DNA of 64,000 bases from Bacteriovoracaceae bacterium (GTDB lineage Bacteria > Bdellovibrionota > Bacteriovoracia > Bacteriovoracales > Bacteriovoracaceae). Position 1 is the first letter of the stretch. Every line of letters begins with the position of its first letter. This document shows, piece after piece, positions 30,560 to 39,856 of the stretch. Where the stretch lies: positions 1-64,000 of the forward strand of contig JABIHA010000121.1 in assembly GCA_018649885.1 (NCBI GenBank), read 5' to 3'. Below the pieces are notes generated by a model, which searched no databases, was not told where the DNA came from, and worked only from the letters and a program-made list of their open reading frames with translations. The position numbers and the translations under genes were made by a program.

Positions 30560-31930
30560 TTAATGATTGTGTGAACTGTCGGCGGTCATATCCTCATAAC
30601 CACCAAATAACTGGGCCTGTGCATCCAAAAGAAAATTACCTTCAATGACAACTTCCTCTCCTTCCATCAGTCCATCTTTAACCTCAACATATCCCTCAGA
30701 TTCAATTCCTGTCAGAACTGTCTTTGCTTGAAATTGTTTTTTATTTATTTTCAACCACACCACTTTTCTCTTGCCTGTGTCGATAATGGCACTTCTTGGA
30801 ACAACTAGCGGCATTCTATCAAAGCTGATTTTGAGAGTCGCATCGGCGGCCATTCCTGGCTTCAATCTTCCATCTGCATTTTTAATAGTACTACGAATCT
30901 TGAGAGTTCTAGATTTAGCATCTAAAATCGGAGCCACAAAATCGACCTCTCCGCTATAAATATCCCCGGGGAGTGAAGTAAATTCCAGCTCAACACGCTG
31001 ACCTAATTTAACTAGTGCAGCGTCTTGCTCATAGACGTCCATCTCAAGCCATACATCTGAGAGATCAGATAGTTCAAAGAAGTTTTGCCCCTCTTTAAAA
31101 TACTTTCCAACTGTGGCATTTCTTTTTTGTACAATCCCTGTCGATTGGGAGTAAATAGTAATTGATCTTGGAACTCTCCCCTGAGCATACCAACTTCCAA
31201 ATTGAGATTTTTTGATTCCCCAAAGAAGTAGTCTTTGCTCACTTTGTTTTAAGAGATTTTTAAACTCACTATTTTTATTTTTTACAAAGCTTTTCCTGGT
31301 TAAAATATATTCTTCACCTGCCGTAATAAGTTTTGGGGAATAAATTTGAAGTACTGGGTCTCCAATGCTGATAAAACTACCAGTTGATCTAACAAATACT
31401 TTCTCAACTCTTCCTCCGATCCTGGCCGGAATACTACTCTCTTTTTCTTCAGATTCTAGCACTGAGCCTAAAAGCCTAACTTCTTTAGTCATTTTCATCG
31501 TGGTAACAGGAAAAAAATCCGGAGAAAAATGTTCTAGCTGCGCCGACCTTAGCTTTACTTTGGCGATAATTAGCCCAGCACCGCGATCCACCTTCTTTTT
31601 AATCATAGGAGAGCCATCAATGGGACATGTATCTTCTTTCTCGCTCGTGACATCTGGAAATTTTTCACATTGCCAAATCGGTTTTGCTAAAGCTGCAGGT
31701 TGAGCTGGAGTATCATCATCCAATTCCACTTCCACTTTTGTTAAAGTCATGTGACATATAGGACATTTGCCTGGCTTATCTTCTCTGATTTGAGGGTGCA
31801 TAGAGCAAGTATAGTAGGTTTCAGTTTTAGAGTGCTCATGAGTACCACTTTTTTTACCATCAGTAGAGTTTGATTTACTACAGCCCAAAAGACCAAAAGT
31901 GAAAATTAAAATGAGTATAATTCTACTCAT
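30560..31930 (-). CDS. cusB: CusB-type membrane fusion protein with heavy-metal-binding domains
   Basis: YTCSMHPQI...PGKCPICHM; LKPGM; GNFLLDA. Confidence 0.9.
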   Translation of the reverse strand: MSRIILILIFTFGLLGCSKSNSTDGKKSGTHEHSKTETYYTCSMHPQIREDKPGKCPICHMTLTKVEVELDDDTPAQPAALAKPIWQCEKFPDVTSEKEDTCPIDGSPMIKKKVDRGAGLIIAKVKLRSAQLEHFSPDFFPVTTMKMTKEVRLLGSVLESEEKESSIPARIGGRVEKVFVRSTGSFISIGDPVLQIYSPKLITAGEEYILTRKSFVKNKNSEFKNLLKQSEQRLLLWGIKKSQFGSWYAQGRVPRSITIYSQSTGIVQKRNATVGKYFKEGQNFFELSDLSDVWLEMDVYEQDAALVKLGQRVELEFTSLPGDIYSGEVDFVAPILDAKSRTLKIRSTIKNADGRLKPGMAADATLKISFDRMPLVVPRSAIIDTGKRKVVWLKINKKQFQAKTVLTGIESEGYVEVKDGLMEGEEVVIEGNFLLDAQAQLFGGYEDMTADSSHNH

Positions 31931-33137
31931 AGAGCTTGCCTCCAGTTAAATAAGTAAGTTGAACTTTCTTTCTGTCCAGCACACTACTCAGTTTTACACG
32001 TCTTAAAAGTAGTTTTTGAAGTTTTAGCTCAGCTTGTAAGAGCTCTATATAACTACTTCCCCCAAGACTATAAGACTTGGTGGTGATCTTTCTAGAATTT
32101 CTAGCAAAAATGATGCTTTTATCACTTAAAATTTCTAGATCCATTTGAATTTTTTCAATTTGATGCCCCAAAAGTTCTACATTTGATTTCTTCTTTTTTT
32201 GATAATTTCTAAGACCTCTAATTGATTCGGCCCTCTTAAAACCAGCTTTTGCGTGTTTGCTATATTTATCTGAAGATAGAGGCAGTGGAAACGTGATCAT
32301 TGCGCTAAGAAAATCCCCTTTTTTATCAATATTTGCCCTTTTGGTATATCCAACAGATATATTTAGATCTGGTATATAGGAAAGCCTTTGGGCCTTTAAC
32401 ATCTCTTTAGAGGAAAGGGCCTTCATTTCAAGGGACCTCAATTTATAATCACCCCGATCGTCTTCAGCTTTTGCTTCTAGTAGTTTCCAGGGGACTGTAT
32501 CGATTTCAAAAGTTTTTCCATTTTTTCCAATAAGGTAGCTCAACTTGGCAGCGATTTCACTCATTCCAAAGTCAACATTATTTAAGCCTATTTCTAATTC
32601 AGATTTTCTAATTTGAATTTCTAGTAGTGACTGCTGATTAACTTTTCCATTGGCATAGAGCTTATTGGAGACCGCCAACATTTTTTCTACCCAAGAAAGA
32701 TTTTCCTCGATGATTTTTTTTTCATCAATTAGGCCCTTTTTATCAATTGAAAGATCCCAAAGAGCTTTGATCAAAAGACGTTTTTGATCACCTGAGGCAA
32801 AAGATTGTGAATCGGCCATTGCATCAAAGGAGTTTTCAATTTTTCCATATCTATTTGTTAGAGCAATTTTTTGAGAAAGGCCAAACTCAATACCTGTCAT
32901 CGGTGTCTGGTCATTATTAAATGAATCGACGGGATAATTTTTTGCGGCCATTTTTAATTTTGGATCTCCCCAAGAACCCCTAATGTCCCCTTCTTCTTCA
33001 AGAGACTTGGCCCTTTGTAAAAGAGCATCCACAGAATCGTGAGATTCAATGGCCTTAGCTGCATCAATAAATGTAAAACTGTGAGCACAAGTTGTGCTAA
33101 TAGCAAAACTCACAAAAAGAAGCCACTGACCTATCAT
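31923..33137 (-). CDS. TolC-family outer-membrane efflux protein
   Basis: WGDPKL, PMTG...LSQKI, IPDLNISVGY; position in the operon. Confidence 0.85.
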   Translation of the reverse strand: MIGQWLLFVSFAISTTCAHSFTFIDAAKAIESHDSVDALLQRAKSLEEEGDIRGSWGDPKLKMAAKNYPVDSFNNDQTPMTGIEFGLSQKIALTNRYGKIENSFDAMADSQSFASGDQKRLLIKALWDLSIDKKGLIDEKKIIEENLSWVEKMLAVSNKLYANGKVNQQSLLEIQIRKSELEIGLNNVDFGMSEIAAKLSYLIGKNGKTFEIDTVPWKLLEAKAEDDRGDYKLRSLEMKALSSKEMLKAQRLSYIPDLNISVGYTKRANIDKKGDFLSAMITFPLPLSSDKYSKHAKAGFKRAESIRGLRNYQKKKKSNVELLGHQIEKIQMDLEILSDKSIIFARNSRKITTKSYSLGGSSYIELLQAELKLQKLLLRRVKLSSVLDRKKVQLTYLTGGKLYE

Positions 33138-33643
33138 TGAGAGAGCTCCTTCAATGAGAAGTTCACCCACGCCTTGATTTGCAAAATTTCATTATCAGTA
33201 ATTTGATTTTTTTTGTGCATGAATGCATACCTCTCAGGAGGCATTCTCTTTTCGACAATGCTTTTTAAAATGGAGCTTAAATCTGATTCGGGAGATTCAT
33301 GGCTTTTAAAGGGAAATTTCTCAGTAAAAACTAAATGCTCTTTGGCATTTTTAATATCTCTATCTATAAGTTGTTTTATTCCTGGAATTTTATAATAACT
33401 TGGATAGTTTATCGTTTCGCTATGGCAGTCAAAGCATGCCTTTTTAAAAATCTTAACAATATTTTTTTGGTAGTAAGCACTGATCCTTTTATAGGCCTGG
33501 GTATTGTGCTTAGTTGGAGAAGGACTCCCTAAGCTCTCTTCATGAATATTGTCACTACCTTCCTTATGACTCTCTCCTTCATGGGCCCATCCAGACCCAA
33601 AGCTCACTGCAGTAAAAAAAATCACTAAAATACATTTATACAC
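33134..33643 (-). CDS. Haem-binding (c-type CxxCH) periplasmic protein
   Basis: ACFDCHS....YPSY...RMPP; His-rich stretch after the signal peptide; stop overlaps the next ATG. Confidence 0.8.
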   Translation of the reverse strand: MYKCILVIFFTAVSFGSGWAHEGESHKEGSDNIHEESLGSPSPTKHNTQAYKRISAYYQKNIVKIFKKACFDCHSETINYPSYYKIPGIKQLIDRDIKNAKEHLVFTEKFPFKSHESPESDLSSILKSIVEKRMPPERYAFMHKKNQITDNEILQIKAWVNFSLKELSQ

Positions 33644-33679
33644 TTTTGACCCTTTCCAAAAACGCAGCTTCACCATCAA

Positions 33680-33707
33680 TTACGGATTGAAGCTAGAAGT
33701 TGTGACA
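33680..33707 (-). promoter_or_regulatory. ECF-type promoter TGTCACA-N16-CGTAA for the cus-like operon
   Basis: Same -35/-10 and spacing as the site at 33783. Confidence 0.7.
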
Positions 33708-33782
33708 AATTAATTTATTTTGCTCAATATTTGCCTAATTTTACTAACTTATACACTATATGGGTATCCATTTTAAAAAATC

Positions 33783-33810
33783 TGTCACAAAATAGATGAG
33801 AATTTCGTAA
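33783..33810 (+). promoter_or_regulatory. ECF autoregulatory promoter TGTCACA-N16-CGTAA
   Basis: Directly upstream of the ECF sigma gene RBS. Confidence 0.7.
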
Positions 33811-33826
33811 AAAGGAGTAAAGGCCC

Positions 33827-34354
33827 GTGAACCCATATAATGGCCTTGAGGATGATAAATTGATGGTGCTCTATCAAAAAGGCAGTTCCCAGGCCTTCGA
33901 AATTCTCCATGAGAGGCACAAATCTCGTGTCATCACCTATTTATCCAAGAGAATTGCGGATAAAAATGCCCAAAATGAGATATTTCAAAATATATTTTTA
34001 AAACTTCATAGAAAAAGAGATCTCTACAACCCAGATTTTCTCTTCGCGAAATGGCTCTATACAATTTGTCGGTCCGAGTTAGTGGATTACTTTAGATTAA
34101 AAAAAATGGAAACCGTTCAGTGGGATGAACACCTTCACGCCAGTGAGCAGGTACCTACCAAAGAGCTAATAGAGCTTGAAGATTTTAAAACCCTAACTAG
34201 CGATGAAAAAAAGGCAATTTCTCTTCGCTATTATTCAGACCAAGACTTTAGTGAAATCTCTGAAACGCTCGGAACATCTGCCGCCAATTCCAGGAAAATT
34301 GTCTCCAGAGGAATTGCTAAACTTAGAGCGGCATTAGCTGGAGAAAAAAAATGA
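33827..34354 (+). CDS. ECF RNA polymerase sigma factor
   Basis: FQNIFLKLH, FAKWLYTI, FSEISETLG region 2/4 motifs. Confidence 0.92.
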   Translation: MNPYNGLEDDKLMVLYQKGSSQAFEILHERHKSRVITYLSKRIADKNAQNEIFQNIFLKLHRKRDLYNPDFLFAKWLYTICRSELVDYFRLKKMETVQWDEHLHASEQVPTKELIELEDFKTLTSDEKKAISLRYYSDQDFSEISETLGTSAANSRKIVSRGIAKLRAALAGEKK

Positions 34355-34887
34355 CTGACATGGACAAAAAAAACGAAGACTACCATTCATTTTTAATAAG
34401 TAGCGATACTCAGCCAGATGAGAAAGTTTCAAATCAAGTTTTTAATTTTATTGAAAATGACCTCAACCCAGCTCATCCAAAAATTGCCGTAAAACTATTT
34501 TCTATTCAGGCCCTTGTGGGAATTTTAACTCTCACATTTTGTCCTCAATTTAATCTCAGCCTAACTAATAGATATGAACTCTTTCACTTTTTTCACCACA
34601 CTTTTGGTAATTATATTTGCATGCTTTTATGTGGCTCTATTTTTATAGGTACAGGTGCAATATTTTCTGCACTTATCCTCAAAAAACAAGAAATCGAAAA
34701 AATCAAAAGCTCTAAGTTTCTCTACTATATGTCTATCTCAGGCATCGCAATCTCTGCCTTCTTAGTTTTAGGATCTGAGGTCTATTTTGATTTAGCACTA
34801 ACTTGGTTTGTTGGCGCCACAGCTGCGGGAGTATTCTTTCTCGATATTAGTCACTTCTTTCGCTTTCGCCTCGGAAGCCATAGCTAA
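34351..34887 (+). CDS. Membrane anti-sigma factor candidate (NrsF-like, Cys/His in TMs)
   Basis: Overlaps the sigma stop; 4 TM segments; FCPQF, HFFHH, CMLLC. Confidence 0.65.
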   Translation: MTDMDKKNEDYHSFLISSDTQPDEKVSNQVFNFIENDLNPAHPKIAVKLFSIQALVGILTLTFCPQFNLSLTNRYELFHFFHHTFGNYICMLLCGSIFIGTGAIFSALILKKQEIEKIKSSKFLYYMSISGIAISAFLVLGSEVYFDLALTWFVGATAAGVFFLDISHFFRFRLGSHS

Positions 34888-36095
34888 AGACACAATTTTC
34901 TCTTTAGATACTTTGCTCTTAATTTGTGAAAGCTTAGAATTTCCTCGAATCCAGAGATATAAGAACTTACACTATCATAGCGATTTTTTGGATCGGCTTG
35001 TTTTTTTAGAAAAGGCAAAATATCTTGTTTCATTTTCTTGGCCTCTAGTAAGAGCCTTTCATTCCAATACTTAGAATCTAAGAAATCACAAATTCTATTT
35101 TGGACCATTTTGGAAAGAGCAGGATCACTCCAAACTATTTGATAAAGTAAGTTAAAATCCCTTTGGTTTGGATAAACACTAATGAGCTCATCTTTTCTAT
35201 GCCCAGTTTTGTGGGGTTTATTGTAGAAGAATTCGTCACAAATTGAATCACTGTTTACGCTATCCCAAAGACAACCCCAAGTTTGATCTAGGTCCCATGG
35301 GAGTAAGCGGAACTTCCCATTTCTTTTGAGCAGATAATAATTCTTTTTGGAGTAATCAAAGTTTTGTACTATCCCCATTATTGCCAAAAAGTCCACCACA
35401 TCATCAACATCAAAACTATCGGGGACAAATGAAGGCTCATTTTTTGTAAAACTCTCCCATAGGCCATCAATTAGATTGATCAGGACATCGGGGTATTTTT
35501 TTGCTTCACCTATATGCTTATAAGCAAGTACGTACATGCTCTCATTTGGCAGAGGGATCAAATTTCCTGCTCCATTTTTATAGAGTTCCCCAGTTGGGTC
35601 TGAACGAAAAAGAAGGGAGCCTTCACTCATTTTTCTACTGTCCAAAAATTTTTTACCGATTTTTTCTATATCGAGCATCAACCCATAGGGAGAATTATTC
35701 ACCCATAAATAAGACAATTGAGCTTTGGGAGTAGGAATATTTGTCAAATTTTCAAAAAGTTTAAATGTTAGATAATTTCTTAAGTAGGTCCCATCTCCGA
35801 AATCAGACTTTAAAGTTATTTTTCTAGAGTATGATAGCTTTGGTGAGCCACTGGGGAGAATGACTCTAAATGACAGCTTGGGGTACTTCCTACTAATGCC
35901 CCCATGAACTCTTATCTTGCAAATACTGCTCAACTCAGCTGAAGAAATATCACATGCAACATACTCATTACTCCATTTGTTTTTTAACAGCGTCTCCCAG
36001 TTATGCTTATCTACGCTAAGACGGTAGTGCCTTGTCTCAGCTGCTAACAGTGAGGACCAAGTAACGAGTGTAATTAACAAAAAGATGTATTTCAT
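34884..36095 (-). CDS. Secreted CotH-family kinase
   Basis: RVHGGISR..PKLSF, YLRN, NFD...KNYYL, LLPWDLDQTWG. Confidence 0.88.
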   Translation of the reverse strand: MKYIFLLITLVTWSSLLAAETRHYRLSVDKHNWETLLKNKWSNEYVACDISSAELSSICKIRVHGGISRKYPKLSFRVILPSGSPKLSYSRKITLKSDFGDGTYLRNYLTFKLFENLTNIPTPKAQLSYLWVNNSPYGLMLDIEKIGKKFLDSRKMSEGSLLFRSDPTGELYKNGAGNLIPLPNESMYVLAYKHIGEAKKYPDVLINLIDGLWESFTKNEPSFVPDSFDVDDVVDFLAIMGIVQNFDYSKKNYYLLKRNGKFRLLPWDLDQTWGCLWDSVNSDSICDEFFYNKPHKTGHRKDELISVYPNQRDFNLLYQIVWSDPALSKMVQNRICDFLDSKYWNERLLLEAKKMKQDILPFLKKQADPKNRYDSVSSYISGFEEILSFHKLRAKYLKRKLCL

Positions 36096-36288
36096 CACAA
36101 TTAGATATGATGACAAATGCTGTTTGGCAACAACCATGATTTTGAATAGTTAGGAGGTCCCTATACACTATTAGTAAACTTTATAATGCCCGATGATTTA
36201 TTATTAGTTTATTTTTTATATCACCCTAGGTATTTTTATATCTGTAAACGAGTCCTTCATAAAGAAGGTCTAAAATGGAGAGGGAAAA

Positions 36289-36576
36289 ATGAAATATTTA
36301 ACTTTAATTATGGTACACGCACTACTTTTAACAAACCTAGCATTCGCTAAAAAATTCACCAATGCAAAAAAACAAAATAATTTAACCATAAGCAGGTATG
36401 AGGTTAAAAATATTATCTCTATGCTTAAGCTCAATGCGGATGGTGATGATATCGCTGACTGCAAGAGTGATTCAGATTGTGGCTCAGGTGAAATTTGCGT
36501 TGGAATTGGCATTTGTGTGCCAGAGGCCAAGGCAAAAGCATATGCTTTTAAATTGCCTAGTCTTTTAAGCAGATAA
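36289..36576 (+). CDS. Small secreted protein with a Cys-rich motif
   Basis: RBS, signal peptide, CKSDSDCGSGEICVGIGIC. Confidence 0.7.
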   Translation: MKYLTLIMVHALLLTNLAFAKKFTNAKKQNNLTISRYEVKNIISMLKLNADGDDIADCKSDSDCGSGEICVGIGICVPEAKAKAYAFKLPSLLSR

Positions 36577-36821
36577 TTAAAAGCGGGGGGCACTCAAATG
36601 GTTTTTATTGAGTGCTCTCCCAGCTTACTTTCAGTTTGAGAATTATTGTGGTCATCAATAAAATTTATTGTTTCAATTATTTCCATCATTTCACTCCTGT
36701 TATTAATCATTTCCCGGCGCTAAAATTCCCTCACCTTAATTTCGTGTTACATTACTTCAGGGGAAAAAACTCTTTTATATGCCAAATATGTCGATAAAGA
36801 GAAAAATAAAAATCTGGAGGA

Positions 36822-37193
36822 GTGATGAGAATTTTAATTTTATTAAGTGCGTGTCTGCTTTTAAGCTTACCTGCATTTTCTGCTAACTGTAAAAGAATCC
36901 AAAAGAAAATGGATAGAAAGTGCGGTAAAAAGCCTGACAGTAAAAAGTGTAAAAGACTGACTGACAAATATCAAAAAGTTTGTGAGGAAGGTCTAAGCGG
37001 AAAAGAGTACAGAAAAGGAAAAAAAGCTGCTAGAAAAGCTTCAGGCAAGACTGGTAACATTGCTAAGAAATGTGCCAGAATCAAGAAGAAAATGGATCGG
37101 AAGTGTGATAAAAAGCCTGATGGCAAAAGATGTGCTCGACTCACAAAAAAATATGATAAGAAAGGTTGTGCCGATTTAAGCGAAGACGAATAA
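36822..37193 (+). CDS. Secreted Lys/Cys-rich protein with an internal duplication
   Basis: GGAGG RBS, signal peptide, two CxRIxKKMDRKCxKKPD..C.RLT.KY...C units, downstream terminator. Confidence 0.8.
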   Translation: MMRILILLSACLLLSLPAFSANCKRIQKKMDRKCGKKPDSKKCKRLTDKYQKVCEEGLSGKEYRKGKKAARKASGKTGNIAKKCARIKKKMDRKCDKKPDGKRCARLTKKYDKKGCADLSEDE

Positions 37194-37209
37194 AAAAACA
37201 AATATTTTC

Positions 37210-37245
37210 AGCGATAGGTCCCTGGGGTCTATCGCTTTTATTTTT
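37210..37245 (+). terminator. Intrinsic terminator
   Basis: agcgatagg...tctatcgct followed by tttattttt. Confidence 0.7.
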
Positions 37246-37310
37246 GCAACATAAGCAAGTAAACCATCAAACCCAACCCAACAAAATATATTTACTATAC
37301 TTAAGAAAAA

Positions 37311-38042
37311 GTGGTGAAAGCCGAAAAGTCCTCTATGCTAGATGTTGAAGAGTTAACATTTTACCTATTCAATTTGATTGAAAAATTTTACACCGCTAAA
37401 TCCCGGAAGTCTGTTTACAATATGACTGAGGAGACAATTGAAAATCTAGTTTCATGTGATAGGTGTAGTATCTTCTATTTTAATGAAAAAGAAAGAACCC
37501 TCGATTTAAAAATGGGCACCAACCTAGAAAAAGGTGATATTTCACTTAGCGTCCAAAAAGGTGTGATTGGTTTTTGCTGGAGAAGTAGTAATTCATTAAT
37601 TGTGAACACTCCTCAGGATCACCCCGAGTTTTTCTCTGAAATCGATGAAAGGTCTAATTATCAAACACAGAATTTAATGTGTGCGATTATTCATTCTCCT
37701 GAAAGGCCAATTGGTGTCATTGAAACTTTAAACTCAAAAAAAGGGGCCTTTACCAAGCAAAATTTAGAATGCCTAAAACTGATAGGCCTAATTCTTGGAA
37801 TTGGACTCGAAAAATTCAATAGATCTTCGATTGGTGAAACAGAGTCCAACCTACTCTCCTTTGAAGAAAATAAATTTGAGTTTAGTGATTTAAATGTAAA
37901 AAAACAAAAAGAGCTCCTAGAGCGAGCTCTTATTAGTGTTGCCTTAAATAAATGCTCTGGTAATAAAACAAAAGCAGCAGAACTTCTAGGCCTTTCTGGT
38001 GAAGGTCTAAGAAAAGCTTTGATTCGCAATAAAGCAGCTTAA
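37311..38042 (+). CDS. GAF + Fis-type HTH regulator lacking AAA+
   Basis: GAF (DRCSIF, F.SEID..SNYQT.N.MC, IGVIE.LN.K.G.F) joined to ALNKCSGNKTKAAELLGLS. Confidence 0.85.
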   Translation: MVKAEKSSMLDVEELTFYLFNLIEKFYTAKSRKSVYNMTEETIENLVSCDRCSIFYFNEKERTLDLKMGTNLEKGDISLSVQKGVIGFCWRSSNSLIVNTPQDHPEFFSEIDERSNYQTQNLMCAIIHSPERPIGVIETLNSKKGAFTKQNLECLKLIGLILGIGLEKFNRSSIGETESNLLSFEENKFEFSDLNVKKQKELLERALISVALNKCSGNKTKAAELLGLSGEGLRKALIRNKAA

Positions 38043-38057
38043 TTTTTTTGTTGGGGC

Positions 38058-38324
38058 CTATGATTTGGGCTTATCTATTTTGTCGATGATTTCTGTAGCA
38101 ATTTGAGAAACCTTCCCATTCACATTTCTTATAATATCGTAGACACCACCAATTGTTATCTCTTGAATATCCTTAATACTTTTTGCTGGTTTTTCTAGAC
38201 CATCAATTGTAGATAAAACATCAAGTGGAAGAGAGGCAATCGCTTTATGAACTTCCTCTACTGTTGTGGCACCTTTATCAACTGCTTCTTGAACAAGATC
38301 TTTTAGCTCTCTCATATTACTCAT
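38058..38324 (-). CDS. Small amphipathic helical protein
   Basis: ATTVEEVHKAIA...GGVYDIIR. Confidence 0.7.
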   Translation of the reverse strand: MSNMRELKDLVQEAVDKGATTVEEVHKAIASLPLDVLSTIDGLEKPAKSIKDIQEITIGGVYDIIRNVNGKVSQIATEIIDKIDKPKS

Positions 38325-38464
38325 CGCTTTCCCCGTAGTTAGATCGAAATACTATTTTGATGCTATCAATAAAAGTGAGCGAAAGAAAAGGGGAAAAAGA
38401 TTTCAAATTGTGAGCAGGGAGTGCTAGGGCCGAAGTATTGGAGTAATTTGATTTGGAGATGACC

Positions 38465-39130
38465 TTATTTTTTTAAATGGTCGTAGAATTCAGTCAAACC
38501 ATTTTTCTTGATCAGATTAACTGATTTTTGATAGCTTTCCTCTGAATAAAACTTGGCCCCCTTCTTTATCAGCAATTTAAAAATCTCTATATTTCCACTG
38601 ACAATTGACATCTCTAACTCAGAAACTCCACCTTTTGTTCTTTGCCCAAGCGGCAAGTCCTTACTAATTATAAATTTAGCGAGTTCAGTATGGTTTTTCT
38701 TGATACAAATGAGTAGTGGACTTTTCCTCTCCACCGGTGAACTAGCATCACTGCTAATACAAAAACTGACACCATGCTCAAAGAGGAACTCTACAATAAA
38801 AAAGTGATTCATCTCACAGGCGGCCATGACGGCACTCACTCCCTCCCACGTGATAGGATCATCTCTAAAGGGTAGCGTCGGTCCATCATGGGTGCAGGGT
38901 AGATTTATATCAGCCCCTTTATTTATTAAATAGTCTAGTATCTCCATTGATCCAAAAGCTGCTGCTGCAACAATCAGCGGACAGTCATCTCCTAGATCTA
39001 TTGGCGCGAGATCTCTTGATATATAAATTTTTTGATTTGGATTTTTTATATGCTTAAATTGTTTTTTAAAATTTTTAAGTGAATCACTTTTAATACTACT
39101 GAGTAGCTCACCCAATTCATTATTTTCCAT
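38465..39130 (-). CDS. Ankyrin repeat protein
   Basis: LINKGADIN, SPLLIC, GNIEIFKLLIKKGA. Confidence 0.88.
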   Translation of the reverse strand: MENNELGELLSSIKSDSLKNFKKQFKHIKNPNQKIYISRDLAPIDLGDDCPLIVAAAAFGSMEILDYLINKGADINLPCTHDGPTLPFRDDPITWEGVSAVMAACEMNHFFIVEFLFEHGVSFCISSDASSPVERKSPLLICIKKNHTELAKFIISKDLPLGQRTKGGVSELEMSIVSGNIEIFKLLIKKGAKFYSEESYQKSVNLIKKNGLTEFYDHLKK

Positions 39131-39199
39131 AGAAATAGAATATCACAAAGACCATATTCTGCTATGGCCCAAATGTTTAAATAAAACTCTATTAAATAG

Positions 39200-39607
39200 C
39201 TACACCATTATTTTGCAAGCAATGGGACAAAGATGAATGACTCCCTTCTCCTCAAGCTCTCTAATTGTGATGATTATTAACTCCTGAGATTTCGCTACTT
39301 CACCTACAGATCGTGGCTCCTTTATATGATGTAACATCTCAATTTTTATGCTCGAAGAAACTTCTGATATCACTCCGCCAATAAGCTCTGGTGTGCAAAG
39401 TCTTAGGGCCTTGGCAAATACAATTAAATCAATATGGCGATAGAACTCCTGCTTCATAGTCCTAGTCAGAAGCACTAGCCTAGATAGGAAATCAATATTT
39501 TCGGAAATCCTCACTGCCAGTTTAGGGTCACCAATGGCAATCTTGTCTAAGACCTTTTCTTTGTCTCTTTTAGTGTGACCATACTCGTACTTTAATCGCT
39601 TCTTCAT
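39200..39607 (-). CDS. Stand-alone FliG C-terminal domain protein
   Basis: AKALR...EVAKSQELII..IRELEEKGVIHL; GGAGG RBS. Confidence 0.7.
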   Translation of the reverse strand: MKKRLKYEYGHTKRDKEKVLDKIAIGDPKLAVRISENIDFLSRLVLLTRTMKQEFYRHIDLIVFAKALRLCTPELIGGVISEVSSSIKIEMLHHIKEPRSVGEVAKSQELIIITIRELEEKGVIHLCPIACKIMV

Positions 39608-39856
39608 GATGTGATCCTCCAAAATATAGAGGGGGGCATGAACGGGGAATCAACGTGCTGTAATATCCAACGCCCTTTTATCTCACTTAATATTATTTAA
39701 ACAGCTGACTCCAAGCTTTATTAAAATTTTTGGGAAATTCTCCACAATTCAATTTGATACGAGGATTGGTTAAGATCAGTTAAACATTGAAAATAGAGGA
39801 TATTCGACAATAAAAGCTGGCAGATGCAGTTTAAGTAAAAGTACTGTAAATAAAAT

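Noticed and set aside
26818..34887. Metal-resistance cluster as a mobile island
   Set aside because: No integrase, transposase, flanking tRNA or direct repeats seen.
39623..39856. Riboswitch upstream of the FliG-C gene
   Set aside because: No c-di-GMP (GEMM) or other recognisable aptamer motifs.
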